DNA of 18,802 nt. Origin: Deltaproteobacteria bacterium. Lineage in GTDB: Bacteria > Myxococcota_A > Polyangia > DRWM01. Location: contig JAFDER010000023.1 of NCBI GenBank assembly GCA_019310245.1, positions 1 to 18,802 on the forward strand, written 5' to 3'. The notes below the pieces were generated by a model that worked only from the letters and a program-made list of their open reading frames with translations, had not been told where the DNA came from and did no database searches. The translations under genes and the position numbers were made by a program. Every line of letters begins with the position of its first letter. Position 1 is the first letter of the stretch. Of the stretch, positions 1-8,163 are shown piece after piece.

Positions 1-126
1 AGATATACTATCCACTGCATCACAAGGACCGGTCTGCCAACACCCTGATATCAATCGAGATATCTGCCCCAGATCGAAACGAAGCCGAAATCTGGAAATT
101 ATCCTCAAGGGGAACCGATCTAGTAC

Positions 127-154
127 TTGCAAATAAATCCAATCAGGATATATG
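127..154 (+). promoter_or_regulatory. candidate sigma70-type promoter for the Cys-rich lipoprotein gene
   Basis: TTGCAA (127-132), a 16-nt spacer, then TATATG (149-154), inside the AT-rich 1-218 leader. The -10 is weak and the call is not validated. Confidence 0.2.
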
Positions 155-218
155 TACGCCCCAGATGAGGGGACCTTTCCCGGTACACGGACTCCAGCCA
201 CGTGAACGAGGTGAAGCG

Positions 219-902
219 ATGAAGACGTCCAACATCCTGGCACTCGCAGTCATCCTCTCGATGGGACTCGTCGCATGCGAGACGACGATCGTGCCGCCCG
301 GCTACGAGCACGGAGGCCTCGAGGGAGTGACCGAGGTCACGCCTCCCGAGTCATCGGTCGAGGGCACGGGCCACCACAATCCCGACATCACCGCCGTGGG
401 GCCCGACTGCCTCATGGACGACGACTGCCGCGAGGACGATGCCTGCGACGTGCCCGGCGGATGCGACGGCGACCCCTGCCGCGACGACCGCTGCATCGTG
501 GGTCAGTGCATGGACGTGGACATCGAGGACTGCGACCCCGGCTACCAGATCAAGTACAGCTACAGCGCGTGCTGCCCCGAGCGCACGCTGAACATCGCCC
601 CCGACGGTCGCTGCACCTTCCAGATCGACGGCGAGCCGGCGCAGCGCTGCGATGACGTCTCCACGACCTACGTCCAGCGCCTCGTGGACCACGCGGGCTC
701 GCTCGGCTTCTTCTACTGGGACGCTGGCCAGTGCGTTCCCGGCGTGACCCAGGCGGACTTCAGCCTCTACATGCAGTCCGGCGACTTCGACAACTGGGTC
801 TTCTGCGAGCAGGGCGTGTGCGTCGGCGAGCTGTGCAACGTGCTCGACGGCGTGTGGGCCACCCTGCCCTCCAACTGGCAGGACGGCTGCGGCTGCGACT
901 AG
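219..902 (+). CDS. secreted cysteine-rich lipoprotein, function unknown
   Basis: Track ORF 165..902 trimmed to ATG 219, with GAGGTG just upstream. The N-terminus MKTSNILALAVILSMGLVAC is a signal peptide plus lipobox. The mature part has about 20 Cys, including the acidic Cys-spaced run CLMDDDCREDDACDVPGGCDGDPCRDDRCIVGQC. GC3 bias is strong. No family recognised. Confidence 0.8.
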   Translation: MKTSNILALAVILSMGLVACETTIVPPGYEHGGLEGVTEVTPPESSVEGTGHHNPDITAVGPDCLMDDDCREDDACDVPGGCDGDPCRDDRCIVGQCMDVDIEDCDPGYQIKYSYSACCPERTLNIAPDGRCTFQIDGEPAQRCDDVSTTYVQRLVDHAGSLGFFYWDAGQCVPGVTQADFSLYMQSGDFDNWVFCEQGVCVGELCNVLDGVWATLPSNWQDGCGCD

Positions 903-917
903 CTCGTCCCCTCCCGT

Positions 918-951
918 GGCCCTGAGCTTGCCGTGAGCTTGTCGAAGGGCC
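918..951 (+). repeat. REP-like palindromic element, copy a (internally duplicated loop)
   Basis: GGCCCTgagcttgccgtgagcttgtcgAAGGGCC. The stem is GGCCCT (918-923) with AGGGCC (946-951). It lies between the convergent stops at 902 (+) and 976 (-). Confidence 0.7.
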
Positions 952-975
952 AACACACATCTGCTCTCGTCCCCA

Positions 976-2331
976 TCACCTGAGCCTGACGAGGCTCAGA
1001 CCCCGTGAGTGCTCGAGCAGGAGCGAGAGTGGATTGATCGCCACCTCGTGCCCGGTCCACACGAGCATTCCCACGACGCAGTGGATGCGGTTGGTCGCAG
1101 CCATCAGGGCCAGGGAGCGGCACGCGTACTCGTCGACACGGTACGCCAGCCGCAGGATGGACCCCTCTCCGTCCGCCAGTGCGGCAAGCCCACCGCTCGC
1201 CAGAACGCGGGCCGGCGAGAACGAGACGAACGCCGGGTAGGGCGCCTGGACCGTCTTCACGGTGCGCTTGAGCACGTCGAAGGCCTCCGAGGCGCTGGAG
1301 ATGGAGGCCTTCTTGAGCTTGAGCAGATCGGCCTCGCCGGGTGGCGGCAGGATCACGTACTGAAGCAGCCGGATGGGAGCAGGCGGTATGCCGGGCGTGA
1401 TCATCATGAGCCCCGCATGGACCCGCCTGGGGAAGGGGCCGACCGAGGGATTGCGCGCGTCGCCCGGTTGCTCGTGCGACTGCTCCACGTGCATCTGGCC
1501 CGAGAGCAGGTCCAGGTAGTAGGCCTTGTTGCGCCTCAGCCCGAACGGTGTGAGGACCGTGTTGCGCGCCACCTCGAGAAGCAGCACGTCCTCCGCACGC
1601 CTGGCCTCCTCGAACGCCCACCGCCTGCCCAGGAAGGAGGCCTCGAGCTTCCTTCCCGGCTCGCGGCCCTCGGCGGCTGCACTCAGCACCCCGAGCACGC
1701 CGCGCAGCCGCTCCATGAGCATGGCCGCCTGACCGGGATCGGCCGGGCCGCTCAGCACGAGCGTGCGCAGCTCGCTCGAGGGTCTCACGAGGTCGGGTGC
1801 GGCGACGCCGTCCAGCTCCTTCTCCAGCTCGGTGACGAGCCCCCTGAGCGTCTCGCGCCCGTCCTCGCGGCCGAGCGTGACGAGGGCCTTGATGATGGAG
1901 GAGATGACCGTGTGGATCCTGCGCACGCGGGCCGCATCGCCCTCGAGCGACTCCACGTCCCGCTCGGCCTGCATCGCGGCCGGAAGATGGGTGAAGCTCG
2001 CCGAGATCGCCGAATCCGACGGCCAGGAGCTCCTCTCGCCCACGGAGGTGGGCTCCTCCGCGAGGCCCGACGCCGGCGCCGCGGGCATGCGGCGGGCCAT
2101 GTGGACCAGCACGGCGGCCACGTGCTCGCACCCCCGCCGCGCCGGGCAGGTGCAGGCCAGCTCGGTGCCGCCCGCCGTGGTCCGGCCCTCGTAGACCATG
2201 CACCTCTCGCCCCCCACCTCCACGTGGAAGACGGCGCCCACGACCCCGCCATCGTTCTCGATGGCCACACCCCTCTCGACGACCGAGTCGGGAGGCAGGC
2301 GAAAGGTCTTGGGGCCGGTGCCGTCCATCAT
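976..2331 (-). CDS. SWIM zinc-finger domain protein (about 451 aa)
   Basis: Track ORF 976..2754 trimmed, because its first 141 codons overlap the upstream gene. ATGATG at 2331/2328 is preceded by GAAGGA and overlaps the upstream TGA (ATGA). The CxCxnCxH motif ACTCPARRGCEHVAAVL lies near the N-terminus, after a beta-rich segment (VFHVEVGGERCMVYEG). The remaining ~350 aa are unassigned. Confidence 0.75.
   Translation of the reverse strand: MMDGTGPKTFRLPPDSVVERGVAIENDGGVVGAVFHVEVGGERCMVYEGRTTAGGTELACTCPARRGCEHVAAVLVHMARRMPAAPASGLAEEPTSVGERSSWPSDSAISASFTHLPAAMQAERDVESLEGDAARVRRIHTVISSIIKALVTLGREDGRETLRGLVTELEKELDGVAAPDLVRPSSELRTLVLSGPADPGQAAMLMERLRGVLGVLSAAAEGREPGRKLEASFLGRRWAFEEARRAEDVLLLEVARNTVLTPFGLRRNKAYYLDLLSGQMHVEQSHEQPGDARNPSVGPFPRRVHAGLMMITPGIPPAPIRLLQYVILPPPGEADLLKLKKASISSASEAFDVLKRTVKTVQAPYPAFVSFSPARVLASGGLAALADGEGSILRLAYRVDEYACRSLALMAATNRIHCVVGMLVWTGHEVAINPLSLLLEHSRGLSLVRLR
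979..999 (+). repeat. variant or partial copy of the same element forming a perfect hairpin
   Basis: CCTGAGCCTG (979-988) is identical to the element core. CTGAGCCT (980-987) and AGGCTCAG (992-999) form an 8-bp stem around the loop gacg. It overlaps the last codons of the SWIM gene (tail ...GLSLVRLR). Confidence 0.45.
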
Positions 2332-4229
2332 TCCTTCTCGGCCTGCAGCCGCTCGCGCCTGCGTTCGAGCTTGAGTCCATCGAGCCTGCGATCCACTTCG
2401 ATCTTCAGGTTGGGATCCGCGCTGCGCAGATCGATGAACTCCGTCTCCTCGAGCAGGGCGATGGACTCGTCGCGGCGTCCGAGCCTCCTCTCGAGGACCT
2501 CGGCGTGCCTCAGGTAGGCGCCCAGCAGCCTGTCCGCCTCGCCCCACTGCCTCACGGGAAACAGGGAGTCTATCTGCAGTCCATGCCGGTAGCTCTCGAT
2601 GGCTGCATCGTCGCGGCCCTCCTGGATCCAGACATAGCCCGTGAGGAAGTGCCCCTTCGCCGACGAGGAGTTGATGCGCGAGGCCCGTCCCGCCGCCATG
2701 CGGGCCTTCTGCCACTGGTGCAGTCCGGCGAACACGAAGCCGAGCAGGTACCACAGGACGCTCCTGATGCGCGGCACAAGTCCCGGCTTCTCGATCGTGG
2801 CGAGCGCGAGATCGCTCCCGGCTCCCACGAACCTCTCGTCGCCCGCCAGGGCCAGCCGCGCACGCAGATCTCCTGCAGCGCGGTTGGCGGCCGCTCGCAG
2901 GGTGACCCGCTCGGCCGCCAGCCTCTCGAGACGCTCGACCGTGTCGGCATCACCCTTGAGGGAGAGGGCCCTGAGGGCCGCGAGCGCGATGGCGGAGGCC
3001 GGGGACTCGACGAGCGCCTCTATCTTCTCCATCACTGCGGGCTCCACGTCGGGGAGCCGCCCCACCGCTTTGAGCGCTTCCTCGCGCACGAACGACGGCG
3101 ACGACTCGTCGAGCCGGGTCAGGAGGTCCTCGCGGCCGGAGTGATCGCCGAAGTTCGCCAGGGCGCGCGCGATCATCACCCTCTCCAGCGCATCGGTCGC
3201 GTGCCGGAGGTCCTTGCGTAGCGCCCCGAGCGAGCGCGGATCGTCGATGTGGGCGATGGCCTTGATGGAGGCCACCCTGGCCTCGTACCCTGCATCCTGA
3301 AGGACGCGGATCAGCACCGGCAAGAGCCGCGGATCGCCGCTCGGCACGACGGCGCTCGTCACGGAGGCCAGCGCTCCCGTCTCGTTGCGGCCCAGCCTGG
3401 CGAGCATGTACTCCGCCACGTGTCCCGCGATGTGGTCGGGGGCCCGGCGCATCCAGATCCCCATGGAGACCAGGTCGGGATCGGACAGCTCGTCCAGGGG
3501 GTCATCCTGCGACGCACCGTCCCAGTAGTGGCGGATTCGATCCGAGATCTTGTCAAAGAAGGCATCCATGCGTTCGACCACGACCTTGGCACGTCTGGCC
3601 TCCGAGCCGCCGAGCTGAGCGAGGCTCTCGGTGGCCTCCAGGGCCACGGCGGGATCGCGGTTGGAGATGAGCGCTTCGAGCGCCAGCCTGTAGTGCTCCT
3701 CGGAGGCGAGCTTGCGCTTGCGCAGGAGGAAGTCGCCAAGCGACAGCGCAGCCTCGCGCTTCTCCACGAAATCGCCGACGCGCAGGAGATTGACGAGCCG
3801 CCTGACGTCGTGCTCCCTCATGGCTTCCTGCTCGTCCAGTTCCCCGGCTGGTTCCTCCACGTCCTCGTGCTCCCATCCGGACAGGGCTTCCTCGAGGGAG
3901 CGGGCCGGCTCGTGGACCGCCCGGAGCTTTTCACCCACCTTCCACGTCAGCTCCAGCAGACCATCCGCCAGGGCCTCCGGACTCTCCGAGAGCAGGCCGA
4001 GGTTCTCCCACGCGTCGGCCAGATCCGCGTGGCCCGCCTCGGTCAGGGAGCGCATCCATCCCTCGGCCCCGATCTGCCCGGCCTCGGATGCTCCGCAGGC
4101 AACGGTTCCGAGATGCTGGTAGAACCCGTGGAGCACGCCGTCGTCCCCGGGGGCGAAGGCATCGTCGGGGTCCGCCTCGGTGGCCAGGATCTGTGGTTCA
4201 GAGGAATCCACTTGTGATATGTATATCAA
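2328..4229 (-). CDS. HEAT-repeat protein with C-terminal TPR-like region (about 630 aa)
   Basis: Track ORF with good GC3 bias. Repeated HEAT/PBS-lyase-like units include VRRLVNLLRVGDFVEKREAALSLGDF, ISNRDPAVALEATESLAQLGG, LIRVLQDAGYEARVASIKAIAHIDDPRSLGAL, DESSPSFVREEALKAVGRLPD and ESPASAIALAALRALSLKGD. There is one hydrophobic segment (VLWYLLGFVFAGL) followed by a TPR-like tail. The start is uncertain: TTG 4229 or GTG 4211. Confidence 0.75.
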   Translation of the reverse strand: MIYISQVDSSEPQILATEADPDDAFAPGDDGVLHGFYQHLGTVACGASEAGQIGAEGWMRSLTEAGHADLADAWENLGLLSESPEALADGLLELTWKVGEKLRAVHEPARSLEEALSGWEHEDVEEPAGELDEQEAMREHDVRRLVNLLRVGDFVEKREAALSLGDFLLRKRKLASEEHYRLALEALISNRDPAVALEATESLAQLGGSEARRAKVVVERMDAFFDKISDRIRHYWDGASQDDPLDELSDPDLVSMGIWMRRAPDHIAGHVAEYMLARLGRNETGALASVTSAVVPSGDPRLLPVLIRVLQDAGYEARVASIKAIAHIDDPRSLGALRKDLRHATDALERVMIARALANFGDHSGREDLLTRLDESSPSFVREEALKAVGRLPDVEPAVMEKIEALVESPASAIALAALRALSLKGDADTVERLERLAAERVTLRAAANRAAGDLRARLALAGDERFVGAGSDLALATIEKPGLVPRIRSVLWYLLGFVFAGLHQWQKARMAAGRASRINSSSAKGHFLTGYVWIQEGRDDAAIESYRHGLQIDSLFPVRQWGEADRLLGAYLRHAEVLERRLGRRDESIALLEETEFIDLRSADPNLKIEVDRRLDGLKLERRRERLQAEKE

Positions 4230-4232
4230 AGA

Positions 4233-4727
4233 ATGTTGCTGCGAGGCATCACAATTACGACCGCGGCGGCGTTCGTCTCATGTGCTTCCGCCACTCCGAG
4301 GGGCGCCGAGACGGCCGAGAGCGGATCGCTCGTGCTGGGCGTCAGGAACAGCCTTTCAGCGGGCCATGGCGTCCACGCCATCCGGCTCTCCCTCGAGGGG
4401 GAGCAGATCGCGTCCCTCGAGGCCTACGGTTCCGGCGAGGACTGGACGCAGGCCATCGAAACGGGCGAGACGCGAGTCTTCTCGCACCCGGTGCCTGGCG
4501 GCGCGCACGTCTCCCTCGAGGTGTGGGCTCTCATCGGGAAGGAGCAGGTGAAGCAAGTGCTCGAGCTCGAGGTGCCTGCGAGGGCGGTGGCCGTGCTCGT
4601 CACCATGCTGATCGAGGACGGCCACCCGGCTATCCGCATCGAGAAGGTCGCCCTGTCCGAGCTGGAGGGCGAGCAGAGGTGCATCGAGCACCGGCTCGAG
4701 CCCGCGGTGCCGCAGCCCGCCTGCTAG
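4233..4727 (+). CDS. small lipoprotein, function unknown (164 aa)
   Basis: ATG 4233. MLLRGITITTAAAFVSCAS is a signal peptide with a lipobox-like F-V-S-C. GC3 bias is present. No recognisable domain. Confidence 0.65.
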   Translation: MLLRGITITTAAAFVSCASATPRGAETAESGSLVLGVRNSLSAGHGVHAIRLSLEGEQIASLEAYGSGEDWTQAIETGETRVFSHPVPGGAHVSLEVWALIGKEQVKQVLELEVPARAVAVLVTMLIEDGHPAIRIEKVALSELEGEQRCIEHRLEPAVPQPAC

Positions 4728-4739
4728 GCTAGCCGCGCT

Positions 4740-4788
4740 CCCCGCTGCCCTGAGCCTCCCCGCTGCCCTGAGCCTGCCGAAGGGCAGC
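4740..4788 (+). repeat. REP-like palindromic element, copy b, with an 18-bp tandem duplication
   Basis: CCCCGCTGCCCTGAGCCT occurs twice in tandem (4740-4757 and 4758-4775). The stem is GCTGCCCT (4762-4769) with AGGGCAGC (4781-4788) around an 11-nt loop gagcctgccga. It lies between the convergent stops at 4727 (+) and 4803 (-). Confidence 0.75.
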
Positions 4789-4802
4789 CCCGCGGGTAAG
4801 AT

Positions 4803-5453
4803 CTAGCCGCCCACGATTCGCTTGAGGATGCGCTCCAGGGTCCAGCGGGCGTCCCGGTCGTCGGGTGCCTCCTTGAGGTAGACGCGCAGGAGGTCCGCGG
4901 CCTTCTCGAGGTTCTCCTCCTGGATCTCGAGCATCGCCAGCTCCTTGACGGCGGTCAGGTTCTCGTGGTCGGCCTGGAGGGACAGCAGGTACGCGGAGCG
5001 CGCCTCGCTCCTCCTGCCCAGCTTCTCGAGGGCCTCGGCGCGGCACATCTGCGCCTGCGAGTTGGTCGTGTCCATGGCACACGCCTTCGAGAAGTGCTCG
5101 AGTGCTTGCTTGTAGTCCTTGAGGGGGTTCTGGAAGAAGTGGGCGCCCAGGCAGAGCCACGCATCGGCATCCGCGGGCTCGATCTCGACCGCGCGTCTCA
5201 GGATCTTCTCGGCCTCGGACACGAGGCCGTTGTAGTCGCGCGCCATTCCCAGGAGCTTGAGCGCATTCGTGTCCACGGGGGCCAGGACGGCGCACTGCTC
5301 GGCATACTCGAGCGCATCATCGAACTCCTCGAGCTCGAGAAGCAGGAGCGCGAGCTTGTAGACAGCGGAGGCGTCCTGGGGGTTGCTCTCGAACCACTGC
5401 CTGAGCTCCTCGACCTGAGCCTGCAGGTCCGTTTGTGATTCGTTCTGTGTCAT
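4803..5453 (-). CDS. TPR repeat protein (about 216 aa)
   Basis: Track ORF 4803..5531 trimmed to ATG 5453 (MTQNESQTD...), because GC3 bias drops upstream. ATG 5498 is an alternative, and neither has a clear SD. Successive 34-aa TPR-like units include AVYKLALLLLELEEFDDALEYAEQCAVLAP, ALKLLGMARDYNGLVSEAEKILRRAVEIEP, AWLCLGAHFF and QAQMCRAEALEKLGRRSEARSAYLLSLQ. Confidence 0.7.
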   Translation of the reverse strand: MTQNESQTDLQAQVEELRQWFESNPQDASAVYKLALLLLELEEFDDALEYAEQCAVLAPVDTNALKLLGMARDYNGLVSEAEKILRRAVEIEPADADAWLCLGAHFFQNPLKDYKQALEHFSKACAMDTTNSQAQMCRAEALEKLGRRSEARSAYLLSLQADHENLTAVKELAMLEIQEENLEKAADLLRVYLKEAPDDRDARWTLERILKRIVGG

Positions 5454-5592
5454 GGAGGGCACAACGCTCAAGGCACACCCGGCCCGTTCATCGTCCATGA
5501 ACGTTCTAGAAGAGGTTTCGCGAGATCGCAAGCGCTAGCGCGACGATGCTGGACCGAGCATCGCTGGGTATGATAAACTCGTATAAGGTACG

Positions 5593-6489
5593 ATGCCGCG
5601 CACGCTGGACAGCCTCTTCCAGGCCACCATGGTGATGGCCGTGATCGTGATGAGCCCCTATGCCATGTTCGCGGCCAAGGGGTGCGCGGACGGCAACACG
5701 CAGACCAGCGATACCGAGGATGCACCGCGGCCGGCAGCCGTCGACGCGCCTCAACCGACGGCAGCCGAGCCCGCTGCCGCCGATCCTGGGTCCGCTACCG
5801 CCGATCCTGGATCCGCTGCCCTGAGCCCGTCGAAGGGCAGCCCCGCTCTCGAGCCCGACGCATATGCATGCGTCGTGCCGCGGATCTCGATCCCGCGCTC
5901 TGCAGGATGCGAGGCGGCCGAGCCGTACCCGTCATGCAGGTGGAAGGTCCCCGATCCCGCTCCCGGGAACCCGTTCGCGATCTGGCGCTACACCACGGGC
6001 TCGCACCGCTGGGCTAGGGCCTCGCTCGTCTCGCTCGTGCTCGCCACTGCACGCGAGTACGCCTCCCTGTACCCCGGCGAGCGGGTCACGCTGGGCGATC
6101 TCGACGCGCCCGGCGATCGGCACAATACGCACGAGAACGGCGTGGACGCCGACTTCTACCTGCCCGGAAGGATGGCCACCGAGAACATGGGCAAGGGTCG
6201 ACGGGTGGACAACTATGCGGACCGCTCGAAATCGTACGTGGAGAAGAGCCGCGCTCGCGTGCTCGACCTCGCAAGGATCCTCGCCGCGTGCGCCGGCGGC
6301 CGCATCCGCATCTACTACAACGATCCCCCGGTCATCGATTCGTTCCTCGCGTGGTTCGGAAAGCAGGGCCTCGAGACGCCCTTCGAGGCACCGATGAAAC
6401 CGCACAACGACCTGCACCTCTTTCACTTCCATGCGACCATCCCGGAGGACCTGCCCGTCCTGCCCTTCGAGGAACCCGGGGAGCCCTGA
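5593..6489 (+). CDS. secreted LAS-family zinc metallopeptidase, MepA-like (penicillin-insensitive murein endopeptidase type)
   Basis: The N-terminal signal peptide is MPRTLDSLFQATMVMAVIVMSPYAMFAAKGC. The H-x6-D motif THENGVDAD and the terminal H-x-H (LHLFHFHATI) resemble the MepA motifs SHQTGLDVD and DHFH as I recall them. A Pro/Ala-rich linker follows the signal peptide. Confidence 0.6.
   Translation: MPRTLDSLFQATMVMAVIVMSPYAMFAAKGCADGNTQTSDTEDAPRPAAVDAPQPTAAEPAAADPGSATADPGSAALSPSKGSPALEPDAYACVVPRISIPRSAGCEAAEPYPSCRWKVPDPAPGNPFAIWRYTTGSHRWARASLVSLVLATAREYASLYPGERVTLGDLDAPGDRHNTHENGVDADFYLPGRMATENMGKGRRVDNYADRSKSYVEKSRARVLDLARILAACAGGRIRIYYNDPPVIDSFLAWFGKQGLETPFEAPMKPHNDLHLFHFHATIPEDLPVLPFEEPGEP
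5771..5841 (+). repeat. 21-bp tandem repeat running into REP-like element copy c, inside the peptidase CDS
   Basis: CCGCTGCCGCCGATCCTGGGT (5771-5791) and CCGCTACCGCCGATCCTGGAT (5792-5812) are followed by CCGCTGCCCTgagcccgtcgaAGGGCAGC. The stem is 5815-5822 with 5834-5841. The region translates in-frame as ...AAADPGSATADPGSAALSPSKGSP... Confidence 0.75.
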
Positions 6490-6522
6490 GCCGATCCGCT
6501 ACCCTGAGCCTGTCGAAGGGCC
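6483..6522 (+). repeat. REP-like palindromic element, copy d (duplicated 5' arm)
   Basis: GCCCTGAGCCgatccgctaCCCTGAGCCTGTCGAAGGGCC. The peptidase TGA stop (6487-6489) lies inside the first arm. It sits between the convergent stops at 6489 (+) and 6550 (-). Confidence 0.7.
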
Positions 6523-6549
6523 AGGTGCCACGGACCATTGTGAATGTAA

Positions 6550-7800
<1,251 letters not shown>

Positions 7801-7982
7801 GTCCCCTGCGCATACGCGGCGGATGCGTGCACGAGAGCACACGTCCGCTGCTTGGTCTTTCCTTTTACCGGTTCTACAAGTGAACGCAACATAAAAATGG
7901 GCATTATAGTTTCACTGTGATATTACACCACAGAATGCCGTCAACAACGGTCAGTACGGTCATCACCCTGCGGGGGAGGTGA

Positions 7983-8129
7983 ATGGTCGGACCAATCACC
8001 CGTCAGGCTCGTGGCGTGCGAGGCTGGCCTCGGTGGATTCTTATTGTGCTCGCCCAGGGATGGAGGTCACCGCAGAACGAGCAGTCGAACTCCCCAAGAG
8101 CCATGTGCCGCATTGCCGTGAACAGTTAA
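7983..8129 (+). CDS. candidate small ORF (48 aa), speculative
   Basis: ATG 7983 follows GGGGGAGG (7972-7979), but the spacing is short. The product is MVGPITRQARGVRGWPRWILIVLAQGWRSPQNEQSNSPRAMCRIAVNS. TAA at 8127-8129 abuts the 8130-8163 hairpin. GC3 bias is weaker than in neighbouring genes. It is too short to appear in the ORF track. Confidence 0.2.
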   Translation: MVGPITRQARGVRGWPRWILIVLAQGWRSPQNEQSNSPRAMCRIAVNS

Positions 8130-8163
8130 GTGCCGGTCCGGATCCGTCAACCGGGACCGGCAC
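8130..8163 (-). terminator. strong stem-loop at the 3' end of the beta-propeller gene
   Basis: GTGCCGGTCCGG (8130-8141) pairs with CCGGGACCGGCAC (8151-8163) as a 12-bp stem with one bulge. The TGA stop of the minus-strand gene (8147-8149) is in the loop. On the minus strand the hairpin is followed by TTAACTGTT, which is only weakly U-rich. Confidence 0.4.

Noticed and set aside
899-2517. Long ORFs 899..2380 (-, 493 aa), 1009..2517 (+, 502 aa) and several 60-160-aa ORFs overlapping the SWIM gene.
   Set aside because: Their translations are Arg/Gly/Ala/Pro-rich low-complexity strings, as expected of off-frame or antisense shadow ORFs in high-GC DNA. The SWIM frame carries a recognisable motif, an SD and the expected GC3 pattern.
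5413-5430. The 10-mer CCTGAGCCTG (identical to the palindromic element core) inside the TPR gene, with a short ACCTG/CAGGT inverted repeat.
   Set aside because: It lacks the GTCGAAGGG arm and the flanking consensus. It encodes an ordinary helical segment (LQAQVEEL) and is probably a chance match in GC-rich coding DNA.
5484-5563. Two short hairpins in the TPR/peptidase divergent region: CGTTCATcgtccATGAACG (5484-5503) and GATGCTggaccgAGCATC (5546-5563).
   Set aside because: The stems are only 6-7 bp, have no flanking signature and do not recur elsewhere in the window. This is insufficient to call a regulatory RNA or an operator.
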